From: an uncultured Clostridia bacterium
Lineage (GTDB): Bacteria > Bacillota > Clostridia > Oscillospirales > Butyricicoccaceae
Direction: 5' to 3'
Assembly: GCA_938000015.1 (NCBI GenBank)
Contig: CALLCY010000006.1
Span: forward strand, 1-59,418
DNA length: 59,418 nucleotides
The notes beneath the pieces are model-generated. The model was given only the letters and a program-made list of their open reading frames with translations. It ran no database searches and had not been told where the DNA came from. Both the position numbers and the translations under genes were made by a program. Shown one piece after another: positions 18,057 to 27,971 of this stretch (position 1 is its first letter; the number at the start of each line of letters is the position of its first letter).

Positions 18057-21000
18057 TGTTCTTCTCCTTTTTCCGGTCCCGCAGAGTGGACAAAACAAAG
18101 AGCAGAAGCAGCACGCCCACGCCCAAGCCCAGAGTCATCACGCCTTTTTCCACTCCAAGCAGCAGCACGGCGGCAAAGATCATGGGGCCCACCGTCTGGG
18201 CGATGCTTTCCACCGCACTGTTGATGCCCATGGCTTTGCCCGAACCGTAAACCCGCACCTCCGGTAGGGCACTGAAATACACCGCCTGCATGGAAAGGCC
18301 GAAGCTGTCGGCCACCGCCAGAAGGAGGATGATGACAAAGCAAAACTCCACGGTGGGATACAGAGCAAAGAGCAGGAAAGCGGCCACATAAATCCCGGTG
18401 GCCAAAATCAAGCCGCCCCGAGCGCCCAGCTTGTCGGTGACCACTTTTGTCAGGGTGGGGCCCAAATAGATGGCCACCACACCGGAGATCAGGAAGGCCT
18501 GGGCCACAAAGGAGGCGCTGAGCCCGTTTTCATCTCCGAAAATGGGGAAGAAATAGCTGAGGAAGGAAGCGCAGATCAGATAAGGTGCGAGCATGAACAG
18601 GAAGAAGAAAAACACCCGCGGTTTGAACAGGAAAGCCCATGTGGACATTCCTTTTTCCTCCACTTCTGTTCCGCCGCCCACGGACTGCTTGTGCAGGCAG
18701 AAAATAGCCAGCAGCAGAGCCACCGCTGTGACCACCACAGCGATGTAGAACACATTCCGGTAACCGAACTGCTCGGCCGCCAGGGAGCCCACCACAGTAC
18801 CGCAGTTGACACCGGAAAGATAAGCGGCGTTATAGCCAGAAAAGCCCCGGTTCCGCTGCTCCTCTTCCCCATAGTTGCTGATGAAGGTGTTGAGGGCCAC
18901 AAGCACCAGACCTTCGCCCACGCCCAGCACCACGCTGGCCCCGATGAGGAAGCGCAGGTCGGGGGCGGCGCCGCACAGCCCCAAGCCGCCCATAAAGAGC
19001 ACGCTGCCCACAGAGATCAAGGGTTTTGTGCCCACTCTGTCCACCAAAAATCCGCCTAAGAAGGAAAAGATGGCGGTGACCAGAACCTCGGCCGACAGAG
19101 GAATGGCCGAAGCCACCACTTTCTGGATACCCATGGAACTATCCCAAAGCCCCATGCCATACACCGGCAAAAAGGCGGTGGACATATTTCCTGCAAAGAA
19201 AATCAGGAAGGCGATGGGCCGCACAATGCCCACATCCCGCAGCAGATGCTGCCGTCTTTCCTGCCGGTTGTTGTGCAGAGCCGCGAAGAACACCGTGCTT
19301 TCGGAAAAGAGCAGCACACAGGTGACCACCACCATGAGCACGGTGAGCAATGTCTCCCGGATCAGGGCCTGATTGCTGGCAGTAAAGGCATACAAATCGG
19401 TGCCCACCTCAATGAGCCCCACCACTTTGCCATTTTCATCGGTGATGGGAGCCAGGGTAAAGGCATAGTGCCCATCGGCGCTGGAAAAGGCAGAAAACTG
19501 CTTCAGCTGGCCTGTTTCATAGATCTCCGCTTCGTGGGAACCTTCGAACACACCGCTCATGGGATAGAGCACATTGTTCAGTCCTTCGTCGGAATAGACA
19601 ATGCAGACCACTCCGTCTTTTTCCCGATAGAGAGTGCAGTAAGCCCCGTCCTCATTGATATCGCTGTCCATGATCTCCTGCACCGACGCATCGATGCGCT
19701 GATAGGCGGGAGAATCATAGGCCTGGGGAGAATCCAAAGCGGCAATGTCTTTGGCGTCCAGATCCCGGGCCATAAGCACCGCCATATTGGTCATCTTGCT
19801 GATCCGCTCCTGAACATAGCGGGTATTCAGATCCCCAACCACCACCGTAGCAGTAACGGCCGCGCCTAGTACCGCCGCCACGATGACCGCCAGATGCATC
19901 CGGCTTTTGGGGGTGATCCGGCTCAACCATCCAGCCCGCAGAACATAGACCAGACACAGAACAACCAGCGCGACCAGCAACACAATGGCTCCGCAGGCTG
20001 CATATCCCCACAGCCGCACGGAAAGGGTTTTGGATACCTCTGCTGTGTTGAGCAGCACCTGCCCCTCTGCATCCTTCACATAGATGCAGTAATCATAGGT
20101 ATAATCATCAATGCTTTCATCAAAATAGTACTCACAGTAAATAGAAGCCAAATTCCCTTCCGGTGTCAGGGTGACAAAGGAATAAAGAGGAAGCTCGTTG
20201 AAAGCCTCGGGCTTTTCTGCCACAGTCTCCCCTTGTCCCACTGCGGTCTCCACCTGCCCCTCCGGGGTAATACGGCGGATCTCCCGTTTTCCCAGGTCGT
20301 TGAAATAGATACTGCCATCTGCGGCACACACCAGGTTGGCCGCAATACTATCCTCTTCCCCACTGGCAACAGGATCATAGATCAGAGCGTGATCTCCATC
20401 TTCCGACCCCTGGTACAAAGCGCCATATTTATCGGTGAAATACACCATTCCCTCGGGGGAAACGGCGGCATACATCACCTTCTGCCAGGCGTCTTCACAG
20501 GGGTAAAACCCTGTTTCCGTCTTCTTCCCGGTGTCTTTGTCCAAGGTGCACAGCCGCAATCCCTTCTGCTCCACCTGGACAAACCACAGCTTTCCATCCC
20601 GCCACCGAAGGTCCTGGATGCGCACCCGGTTGTCTCCCTCGGTGCTCTCCCGGGGCAGCTCATACAGATAATCCACAAAGCTCCCCTTTTTGTCATAAAC
20701 GGCAATGCGCTCGCTCTGGATGTCTTTTCCATTTTCGCCCAGGATCTTGTCGCTGATGTACAAATTCCCCTCTTCATCGGCAGCCATGCTCTGGGCATAG
20801 TAAAAGCCCTGGCTCTGCTGGCCTCCGGAAAGAGTGCGCAGATACTGGTTCTCCTCGTTGAGCACCAGGATGCTGGTGCTGCCTCCGGCGATGATGTATC
20901 TTTGCCCATCCAGGCCAAACAACACCACCGTGGGGTCGCTGATGTAAACCGAATCCTTCCGAGGATCGGTCTTAAGAGCGCTCCACCCTACCACAAGCAC

Positions 21001-21066
21001 CAACAGGCACACAAGGGCCAGCAGTCCAAGGAAAAGCAGACGATATTTTTTCCACAATGCTTTCAT
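18049..21066 (-). CDS. Fusion: extracytoplasmic beta-propeller + Cache-like sensor + C-terminal MFS transporter
   Basis: N-terminal TM, repeated xADxxGxLY blades, two TMs, FTLAPITDENGKVVGLIEV, then about 12 TMs with GFLVDRVGTK and TDKLGAR MFS motifs. Confidence 0.8.
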   Translation of the reverse strand: MKALWKKYRLLFLGLLALVCLLVLVVGWSALKTDPRKDSVYISDPTVVLFGLDGQRYIIAGGSTSILVLNEENQYLRTLSGGQQSQGFYYAQSMAADEEGNLYISDKILGENGKDIQSERIAVYDKKGSFVDYLYELPRESTEGDNRVRIQDLRWRDGKLWFVQVEQKGLRLCTLDKDTGKKTETGFYPCEDAWQKVMYAAVSPEGMVYFTDKYGALYQGSEDGDHALIYDPVASGEEDSIAANLVCAADGSIYFNDLGKREIRRITPEGQVETAVGQGETVAEKPEAFNELPLYSFVTLTPEGNLASIYCEYYFDESIDDYTYDYCIYVKDAEGQVLLNTAEVSKTLSVRLWGYAACGAIVLLVALVVLCLVYVLRAGWLSRITPKSRMHLAVIVAAVLGAAVTATVVVGDLNTRYVQERISKMTNMAVLMARDLDAKDIAALDSPQAYDSPAYQRIDASVQEIMDSDINEDGAYCTLYREKDGVVCIVYSDEGLNNVLYPMSGVFEGSHEAEIYETGQLKQFSAFSSADGHYAFTLAPITDENGKVVGLIEVGTDLYAFTASNQALIRETLLTVLMVVVTCVLLFSESTVFFAALHNNRQERRQHLLRDVGIVRPIAFLIFFAGNMSTAFLPVYGMGLWDSSMGIQKVVASAIPLSAEVLVTAIFSFLGGFLVDRVGTKPLISVGSVLFMGGLGLCGAAPDLRFLIGASVVLGVGEGLVLVALNTFISNYGEEEQRNRGFSGYNAAYLSGVNCGTVVGSLAAEQFGYRNVFYIAVVVTAVALLLAIFCLHKQSVGGGTEVEEKGMSTWAFLFKPRVFFFFLFMLAPYLICASFLSYFFPIFGDENGLSASFVAQAFLISGVVAIYLGPTLTKVVTDKLGARGGLILATGIYVAAFLLFALYPTVEFCFVIILLLAVADSFGLSMQAVYFSALPEVRVYGSGKAMGINSAVESIAQTVGPMIFAAVLLLGVEKGVMTLGLGVGVLLLLFVLSTLRDRKKEKNNG

Positions 21067-21090
21067 GTTTTCACTCCTTCGGCGGCCTTC

Positions 21091-22074
21091 TCAGGGCCTT
21101 ATGGTCACAGTGTATTTATCCACCAGCCTGCTGGGGCGATAGTGAAGCTTGTTTTCCCGCAGGCCCGCAAGACCCATATCCTCGCACCAGTTGAGCTGAG
21201 GCGGATGGCCGGGCAAAAGGGCGCAATGATAACTGATATAATAGGTAAGCCCCCGTAGATTGACGGCGTTTTTCTGAAAAGAATAGCAAGCGCAGTTTCC
21301 CAGAGTTTCCCCCAAGGCAAAAGCCATGGGTTTCTCTTCTATGTACACCAGTCCGCCATAATAGCGGCCCTCTTCCCAGATGCTTTCCAGCCGTGCAAAG
21401 GCCTGGCGCTCACAGCCGAAAAAGCAGTCTTTGCAGTCTCTGTCCTGACACCACCGGTCGAAAACCTGAAGCATCGGATGAAAAAGCTCCTGACGCAGCG
21501 GCTCAAACCGAACACCGGCAGTTCCTTCCACCAGTTTCAATTCCCTGCGGCGGGATTTGTTCGCTCCCCCTTCCAACAGGGTAAAGTCCGCCACATCGTA
21601 CACATAATCGCTCCAATCCCGATGGGTGGATACTTCTGTGGGCACGCCCAGTCCTTTATAGAGAGACAGCCATTCCTCCGGGATATATTCGCAAATCAGG
21701 GAGTGGCCCCATCGCCCAAACAACTCACTCAGCACATGGACGGCCGCCTCCAGCCTGCGGGAAGGCCCGGGCATCAAGATAACGGCGGGCACCTGGTCCA
21801 AAGTGATATACACCACTGCCAGTGTATCGCCTACCAGTTTCCAACAGTAGTGAAACACCTCTTCCCAGGCCCAGAAGTTGGTGAAGGACAGGTCAAAAAA
21901 GACGCTCTCCCTGCTGTACTGGTCCACCATGGCCCGGTCTTCCAGCCGAAAGGAGCGGAACCCCTGTTTTTCTTTCAGCCACTGGAGAAAATCTTTTAGC
22001 TTTTGTGGCAGAAGCACCTCTGGTTTTTCCTCTTCCCATTGTTTTTTCCCGTCCCATATCCGCGCCGTTTCCAA
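21091..22074 (-). CDS. DUF2156 / aminoacyl-phosphatidylglycerol synthase C-terminal-like protein
   Basis: DLSFTNFWAW, DWSDYVY..L..LEG, LNWCEDMGLAGLRENKLHYRP. Confidence 0.75.
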   Translation of the reverse strand: METARIWDGKKQWEEEKPEVLLPQKLKDFLQWLKEKQGFRSFRLEDRAMVDQYSRESVFFDLSFTNFWAWEEVFHYCWKLVGDTLAVVYITLDQVPAVILMPGPSRRLEAAVHVLSELFGRWGHSLICEYIPEEWLSLYKGLGVPTEVSTHRDWSDYVYDVADFTLLEGGANKSRRRELKLVEGTAGVRFEPLRQELFHPMLQVFDRWCQDRDCKDCFFGCERQAFARLESIWEEGRYYGGLVYIEEKPMAFALGETLGNCACYSFQKNAVNLRGLTYYISYHCALLPGHPPQLNWCEDMGLAGLRENKLHYRPSRLVDKYTVTIRP

Positions 22075-22088
22075 AATATGCTCGCTCC

Positions 22089-23765
22089 TTACCCGATTTG
22101 TTTTTCATCCACAGGGATGAGCCGGCCTTCTTCCAACCGATAGATCCGCCGGCACCCCTGTAAATCCTCCATCCGGGCCGACAGCACCACAAAGGTGCGT
22201 CCATCCTCTTGGGAGGGCAGAGTGTTTCCCAGCACAATGTCCCGGCCTGTTTTCCAAGCCACTCGGCTGCGCAAAGCAGCGCCGTTAAATCGTCCCAATT
22301 CCACACCGCCGTAGTAGATATTTCCTCCTGTGGGCCGCTGCAATCCGGTGGCCAGACGGCAGAAGGTGGTTTTTCCCGCCCCGGTGCCGCCATAGATCCC
22401 CACCCGATCCCCAGGGTTCAGCCGCAGAGAGATCCCCTGCAACACCGGCTGCGCCGAATCCGAATAGGAAAAGGTCACATCCTTCCACTCCATCACACTG
22501 CCCAAAGAGGGAAGCGGCACCTGGCCGCCCGGTCTCTTTTTCGCCCGGGGCAGCAAAGAGCGCAGTTCGCCTGCGGCCCGTCCGGCCCCCGTGGCCGACA
22601 GCACCTGCTGTAAAGGCAGCGCAGCAAAGGGAAGATACAGCAATATATTTTGCATCAGCCGGCCAGCCGAACGGCCATCCGATACCATCCAGGCCACCAC
22701 CGGCAAGGCCAGCAGCAGCGCAATCCAAAACGAGCCGCCGATGTACTTCCATCTTTCCACAGGTTTCTTTTCTCCCGGGAAAGGACGGCAAATACCCAAG
22801 CGCCGGTCATCCGCCCGGTGGAGCACCCATTGCCGCCGCTGCCGGGCTTCCTGAATTCCCTTTTTCCGGCTCCGAGCCAAGAAGAATAGAAGGACAGCCA
22901 ACACAAACAGCACCGCCGTGGTCAGAAGGCTCCAGCCCCGTGTTTTCCCCTGGAAAAAGGGCAGGACCCACGCCAGTGCGCACAGGCTCCAGACTCCGGA
23001 CAAAATCCAGCCCATCAAGTGCCGGCTATCCTCCTGAAAATGGGCCAAACTTTCCGCCGCATCTTCTTCGCCGTCCCCTTCGTACAGACGCCGCAGCAGG
23101 GCCGGCAGAGCCAGAATGGCTCCTTTGTCCCCCGCCCGCTCAATAATGCGGCGGCTCGTGAACACCGACAGCGCCAACAGAAGAAATACCCCTGTGAGCA
23201 AAAACCAAAATGCGCCCAAATCGCCTCCATCGGCCAACAGCATCACGCTGGACAAGGTCTGGCGGGTCAGATAGGCAAACAGCGCCCACAATGCGCCGCT
23301 CAAAAAGCCCAGCAGCATCAAAAGCACCCCAGCCCGCAGGCTGAGGCCCTGCACCAGCCGGAAAACCAGGTTGGCAAAGGACAGCTTTGCCCTGGGAAAG
23401 TCCACGGTGGCGCTATAAGCCCTTTGGAAGTTTCCCGGATTCTTTTTTCCCAGATAGATCCGCTTTCCGGTGGCTTCGTCTTTGAAATAATACCGGCCCC
23501 AGCCGTCGGAAAGCACAGCCCGGCTGATTCCCCCTTCATCCTCCACCAGAAAAGGCCCCACCGAAGTGCGGTACCAATCCCCTTCCAGCAAAGTGGGGGT
23601 TAAAAGCAGCTTTCCCTCTTGGTTCAGCTGTTCCACCGCCTGCTCCAGATCCTTCACATCCTGGGAGAGACTGGGAGACGGCAGACGGAAATAATCAAGC
23701 AAACGGCAAATGCCGGGAAAATTCTCCACAGCCGCCCGTTTTTCATCCCTTGGGTTCATTTCCAT
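22089..23765 (-). CDS. NHLP-type export ABC transporter permease/ATPase subunit, internally deleted NBD
   Basis: LEGDWYRTSVGPFL N-terminal motif, TM domain, Walker A GGTGAGKTT but no LSGGQ or acidic Walker B. Confidence 0.7.
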   Translation of the reverse strand: MEMNPRDEKRAAVENFPGICRLLDYFRLPSPSLSQDVKDLEQAVEQLNQEGKLLLTPTLLEGDWYRTSVGPFLVEDEGGISRAVLSDGWGRYYFKDEATGKRIYLGKKNPGNFQRAYSATVDFPRAKLSFANLVFRLVQGLSLRAGVLLMLLGFLSGALWALFAYLTRQTLSSVMLLADGGDLGAFWFLLTGVFLLLALSVFTSRRIIERAGDKGAILALPALLRRLYEGDGEEDAAESLAHFQEDSRHLMGWILSGVWSLCALAWVLPFFQGKTRGWSLLTTAVLFVLAVLLFFLARSRKKGIQEARQRRQWVLHRADDRRLGICRPFPGEKKPVERWKYIGGSFWIALLLALPVVAWMVSDGRSAGRLMQNILLYLPFAALPLQQVLSATGAGRAAGELRSLLPRAKKRPGGQVPLPSLGSVMEWKDVTFSYSDSAQPVLQGISLRLNPGDRVGIYGGTGAGKTTFCRLATGLQRPTGGNIYYGGVELGRFNGAALRSRVAWKTGRDIVLGNTLPSQEDGRTFVVLSARMEDLQGCRRIYRLEEGRLIPVDEKQIG

Positions 23766-25869
23766 AGGCGTCTTCCTCCTCCACAAATTCTCCCCGCTCC
23801 CGCAGGGTCATCCGGCCCTTTTCAATACGGCAGGCGATGTCGCATTGCCGCAGCAATCCCCGGTCCTGTGTCAGCAGCACGATCCCGATCCCCTGCTGCC
23901 GCAGGCTGGAAAGCAGTTTTCTCTCGATCTCCCGGGAAAGCCCCCGGGTCAGGCCGGGACAGATCAAAAAGGGAGTGTCCCGCACAAAAGCCCGTGCAAA
24001 CTCCAGCAGCACCCGCTCGCCCCGGGACAGATCCTGCACCGGCGTGTCGTACCCTTCCTTGTGGCGAAGGATGCTCTCATGGAGCAGGGCCTGGGAGGCC
24101 GCTTCCGCCACCGCCTGGTCGGACACATCTTCTTTTTGGGCTGCAATATTTTCCCGCACAGTTCCCTGGGGAAACGGCAAATTTTCCCCCAGCATCATCA
24201 CATTCTGAAACACATCCTGGCTGTTTTCCCTGGCCATGTCCCAGCTGTCCAAATACACTTCGCCTTGCACAGGCGGCCGAAGTCCGGCTATCACCTGGGC
24301 CAGAGCCTGGCCCACCGGTTGCTGAGCCAGCACTCCCAGAGCTTCTCCCCGGCGGAGTGTGAAGGTAATTCCCCGCACCGGTGTATCCCACTCCTCCGGC
24401 TGCACCGAAACATTCTGCAAAGTGAGAGACTGAGCATGCCGGCCCTGATATGCCCCCTCCTGGGGATTTTCCTGCGGGAATGCCAAATGAATGGCTTCAC
24501 CAGCGGCTTTTTCCTCCATCCGGGCCGACAGAAGCTCTGGCAGAGCGCCCATGGCGCTGGCGACTCCGGCGGCCATGGCCATGCACCCCAGCAGATCGGC
24601 TGTGCCATTGTGCCCCATGAGCATTCCCACAAGGCTGGCCCCAAAGACCAACAGCAGCAGCAAGGCGGCGCTGAAATACCATCCTTCTCCCTTGGCTGTG
24701 CCCATCTTAAGAACAGGGGAAGCAGCCGCCCGGCTCAGCCACCGGTGGCACAAGGAGATGTTTTCTCCCCCCATTTTGGCTTCTTCCAGCCGGGACAGAT
24801 CTTCCTGGGCCAATGCCTGGACAGCAAATTCATGAAGGCGGCTTTTCTGCATCTCTCCATAGGCACGGCGTGCACACGCCACACACACACCGCTATACAC
24901 CGCCGTCATCACAACGGCTGCTCCAAAAGCACCCACATCCTGCACGGCCATCCACAGAAGGCAAAATCCACCAGCCAGCAGCCGTGTCCAGGCCAGGATC
25001 TGCCGGGCCTGGGCCTGGGGGATGCCCTCATAGGCCTGCACTCCCTGAAGCAGCCGGAAAGGATGCACCGGGCGCAAACGGGCTGGGTTGACTTCTTCCA
25101 TCTTCTCCTCCAGAATCAGACGGCTCTCTCGTCTCTTTTTCTCCCGGCCCCGATGAACAAGCCAGGTCTGAAATATCTCTGCCCCACCCAACGCCAGCAA
25201 AAGCCCGGCGATAAACAGGAACAATCCCATTCCTTGCATTTGCTGGGGTGCAGACAGACCCATGGCCAATCGACGGCACAAAATCGCCAACAGGCCATAG
25301 CCTGCGGCGATAAACAGCTGAATGACTGCCAGCAGCGCCAGCGCAGACGGGGGCAGCATCCCTTTGATACCGTTTTCCTTTTTCTCTCTCTTTTTCCGGA
25401 CGGGCTTCTGAACAGCTGATGGCTTTTTTTCTCCATCGTCATCGCTACCAGACGATTCCGGCGCACCTTCCCCAGGCAGAGCAAAACACAGGGCCACGCC
25501 AGTGAAGCCCTGCTGAAATTCCTTCCGGGACAGGGTGAGGAAGCCCTCCTCTGGACTGGAGATCCATACCCTGTTCCCTTTCACTTTGGTCACCACCACA
25601 AAGGCGCGGAAACGCCAATGGGCAATGAGGGGCAAAGGAGCTTCTGCCAGCTCCTCCACCGTCATGCGCAATCCCCGGGCCGCCAGACCCTGCTCCTGAG
25701 CGGCAGACACCAATTCCGCAGCGTTGTGGATGGGGCCACCCAGCTGCTCCATGGTGACTGTTTTCCCGAAATAAGCCAGGATCATGGCCAGGGCCGCTTT
25801 TCCGTTTTCCTCTGGGGAGGTCTGAAGCACCAGCTCCTCCTGCCCTATCAGCCGGCTGTTTTTCACCAC
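23743..25869 (-). CDS. NHLP-type peptidase-containing ABC transporter (C39-TMD-NBD), degenerate
   Basis: LQTSPEENGKAALAMILAYFG, PLIAHWRFRAFVVV, FTGVAL; NBD remnants GTVRENI, GYDT, LSRGERVLLEFARA. Confidence 0.78.
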   Translation of the reverse strand: MVKNSRLIGQEELVLQTSPEENGKAALAMILAYFGKTVTMEQLGGPIHNAAELVSAAQEQGLAARGLRMTVEELAEAPLPLIAHWRFRAFVVVTKVKGNRVWISSPEEGFLTLSRKEFQQGFTGVALCFALPGEGAPESSGSDDDGEKKPSAVQKPVRKKREKKENGIKGMLPPSALALLAVIQLFIAAGYGLLAILCRRLAMGLSAPQQMQGMGLFLFIAGLLLALGGAEIFQTWLVHRGREKKRRESRLILEEKMEEVNPARLRPVHPFRLLQGVQAYEGIPQAQARQILAWTRLLAGGFCLLWMAVQDVGAFGAAVVMTAVYSGVCVACARRAYGEMQKSRLHEFAVQALAQEDLSRLEEAKMGGENISLCHRWLSRAAASPVLKMGTAKGEGWYFSAALLLLLVFGASLVGMLMGHNGTADLLGCMAMAAGVASAMGALPELLSARMEEKAAGEAIHLAFPQENPQEGAYQGRHAQSLTLQNVSVQPEEWDTPVRGITFTLRRGEALGVLAQQPVGQALAQVIAGLRPPVQGEVYLDSWDMARENSQDVFQNVMMLGENLPFPQGTVRENIAAQKEDVSDQAVAEAASQALLHESILRHKEGYDTPVQDLSRGERVLLEFARAFVRDTPFLICPGLTRGLSREIERKLLSSLRQQGIGIVLLTQDRGLLRQCDIACRIEKGRMTLRERGEFVEEEDAYGNEPKG

Positions 25870-25882
25870 TTCACCTTCCTTC

Positions 25883-26773
25883 TCAGGATCTGAGGAACTG
25901 CCAGGGGCTCATCTCTTCCACCACCACATCCATCTCGCAGAGCATCCCTGTGTCGATGGCAATGCTGCCGCCTTCGGCCCGGGCCCAGGCTCCTGTGCTG
26001 CCTTCGGCCCCGCCTACCAGCGTGATGCGCACTTCCACAATGTTCTCGTTCTGAGGAATGATCTGGCTGGTGTAAAACCGGCCCAAGGTCTGGCTGATAT
26101 CGGTTTCGGTGATGGGATAATCATAGATATTACTCACCATGCCCTGGACATAGCCATAGCTTTCGGTATCCGAAGTGTTGGGATAGACCCGCACTTCCAT
26201 GCCCTTCTGAATGGACTGGGCCACCGTAGAGGGAACATACGCCCGGATCTCGGTTTCATTTGTGGTGGAATCGGCATTGGTGACCCCCACGATCAGGTCC
26301 CCCGCCTCCACAGCGCTTCCCTGCTGTACCAGATCCACCACCCGGCCAGACACCGGGGTATAGATCATGGAAGCCGTCTGATATTCTTCATACAAAGCAT
26401 CCAACCGGGCCTGATTGCCCTGCTGACGGGCCTGCTCTATCTGTTCCAGCAATTCCTGCTGAGGGATGACGGCAATCAGATCCCCAGCCTCCACCTCTTC
26501 TCCCACTTCCACCTGGAGATAGGAAACAATGCCGGAAACCTGGCTGTTTACCTGCTTGATGCCATAGTGGGGAAAAACAATGCCGGTGACCTCTACACTG
26601 CGGGTGACCGTACCCAAAAAACACCAGGCTACCGCCCCCACTGCGGCAATGAGCAGGCAAAGCCCTGCCAGAAAAGCCGCCGGCGGCGCCACGGAAAAAC
26701 GACCTGCCGCCGGAGCACGGTCTTCCCGGCGGGGCGAACGAATAAAAATTTGCTGACGATCCATGGCGCTCAC
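25883..26773 (-). CDS. NHLP-system secretion / membrane-fusion (HlyD-like) protein
   Basis: Single TM then V.SQVSGIV..L.V.VG..V.AGD lipoyl-like halves, IYTPVSGRV, SIQKGMEV, YGYVQGMV. Confidence 0.78.
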   Translation of the reverse strand: MSAMDRQQIFIRSPRREDRAPAAGRFSVAPPAAFLAGLCLLIAAVGAVAWCFLGTVTRSVEVTGIVFPHYGIKQVNSQVSGIVSYLQVEVGEEVEAGDLIAVIPQQELLEQIEQARQQGNQARLDALYEEYQTASMIYTPVSGRVVDLVQQGSAVEAGDLIVGVTNADSTTNETEIRAYVPSTVAQSIQKGMEVRVYPNTSDTESYGYVQGMVSNIYDYPITETDISQTLGRFYTSQIIPQNENIVEVRITLVGGAEGSTGAWARAEGGSIAIDTGMLCEMDVVVEEMSPWQFLRS

Positions 26774-27903
26774 TCCTCTATATAACTGAACATACCGTTT
26801 TTGGACACCATGATCCGGGGAGTGCGATCGGTGAGCCGCCCCTGATCATCAAAGGTGATGGTGCCGCCGATGCCTTCATAGCCATCCTTGCGCAAAGCCT
26901 GGGCAATATCCTGGGGATCGGTGCTGTCGATCCGAACAGCAGTATCCCCGATCATGCGCACCGAATCATACAGCTGGATGGCCCATTGGGTGGGCTCGGT
27001 ACCGTACTTTTCCCGATAGCGGGTGTAAAAATCATCCACCTTCTCACTGGGTTCCAAGGGAATGGGCGTGGCGATGTAGATGTCATCGCTCACATCGGCA
27101 TCGGCCAGCAGAAAGTCGGTATAGTCAAAGGAAAAGTCACCCAGTATGTTGATGTCGGGATTCATATGCCGCACCCGGCGGAGAATATCAAAGGCATCTT
27201 CACCGATATACTGGCTGACAAACACCGTGTCCACGCCCAGATCTTCCCACTTTTCCACCACAGCAGTCAACTCGTCCTCCACAGGAGTGGTGATGGCCAC
27301 ATCCACCACCTGGGTGTTGGTGCCCTCCAGGCCCCGGAGAAATCCCCGCACCATATTCCGCTCATAACTGGTGTCACTGTGATAGACCGCCACCCGGCGG
27401 ATATCCTCCCGTCCGGCGGCATAGGTGGCAATGGCCTCGCCCAGATCACTTTCTCCAAAACAGTTGCGGAATACCGAGGTATAGCCATTTTCAAACAAAC
27501 TGTCGGGGGCGCTGTAATAGGTGACCAACAACTTTCCGGCGCTGTCCAGCACATCGGCGGCCACATCCAGGATATTCAATGAAGAAGTGCCCACCACCGC
27601 CGTAATGGACGAATCGGCGCTGATCTGGTTCAGGGCCTCCATGCCCTTCTGGAACACCGAACCATCCTCATAAAACTCATAGCTGATGGTATAGCCCTCA
27701 TCTCCATACAGCTCATTGAGATCCTCAATGGCCATGGTAATGCCGTTGATATAGCTGTCATCCGCCTCAAACACCACTTCGGTATCCAAAACGGCGATCT
27801 TGATGTTTTTGTCTCCGCCGCCCGCAGAGGCATCGGAGCTGCCGCACCCCGTCACCCCCAAAAGGGTCAGGGCGCTCATCATCAGTGCCAAAAACCGTTT
27901 CAT
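26770..27903 (-). CDS. Lipoprotein, LivJ-type (periplasmic binding protein type 1) solute-binding protein
   Basis: Lipobox VTGC; NGITMAIEDLN, YDSV, GYEGIGGTITFD; ATG 27903. Confidence 0.82.
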   Translation of the reverse strand: MKRFLALMMSALTLLGVTGCGSSDASAGGGDKNIKIAVLDTEVVFEADDSYINGITMAIEDLNELYGDEGYTISYEFYEDGSVFQKGMEALNQISADSSITAVVGTSSLNILDVAADVLDSAGKLLVTYYSAPDSLFENGYTSVFRNCFGESDLGEAIATYAAGREDIRRVAVYHSDTSYERNMVRGFLRGLEGTNTQVVDVAITTPVEDELTAVVEKWEDLGVDTVFVSQYIGEDAFDILRRVRHMNPDINILGDFSFDYTDFLLADADVSDDIYIATPIPLEPSEKVDDFYTRYREKYGTEPTQWAIQLYDSVRMIGDTAVRIDSTDPQDIAQALRKDGYEGIGGTITFDDQGRLTDRTPRIMVSKNGMFSYIEE

Positions 27904-27919
27904 TTCTTCACCCAATTCC

Positions 27920-27948
27920 TTGCGCCCTCCGGCGCGGTCTGCTATAAT
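27920..27948 (+). promoter_or_regulatory. Sigma-A promoter of the small NHLP-like gene
   Basis: TTGCGC-17 bp-TATAAT with extended TG; RBS AAAGGAGG at about 27957. Confidence 0.75.
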
Positions 27949-27971
27949 TTTTCTTGAAAGGAGGCATCACT

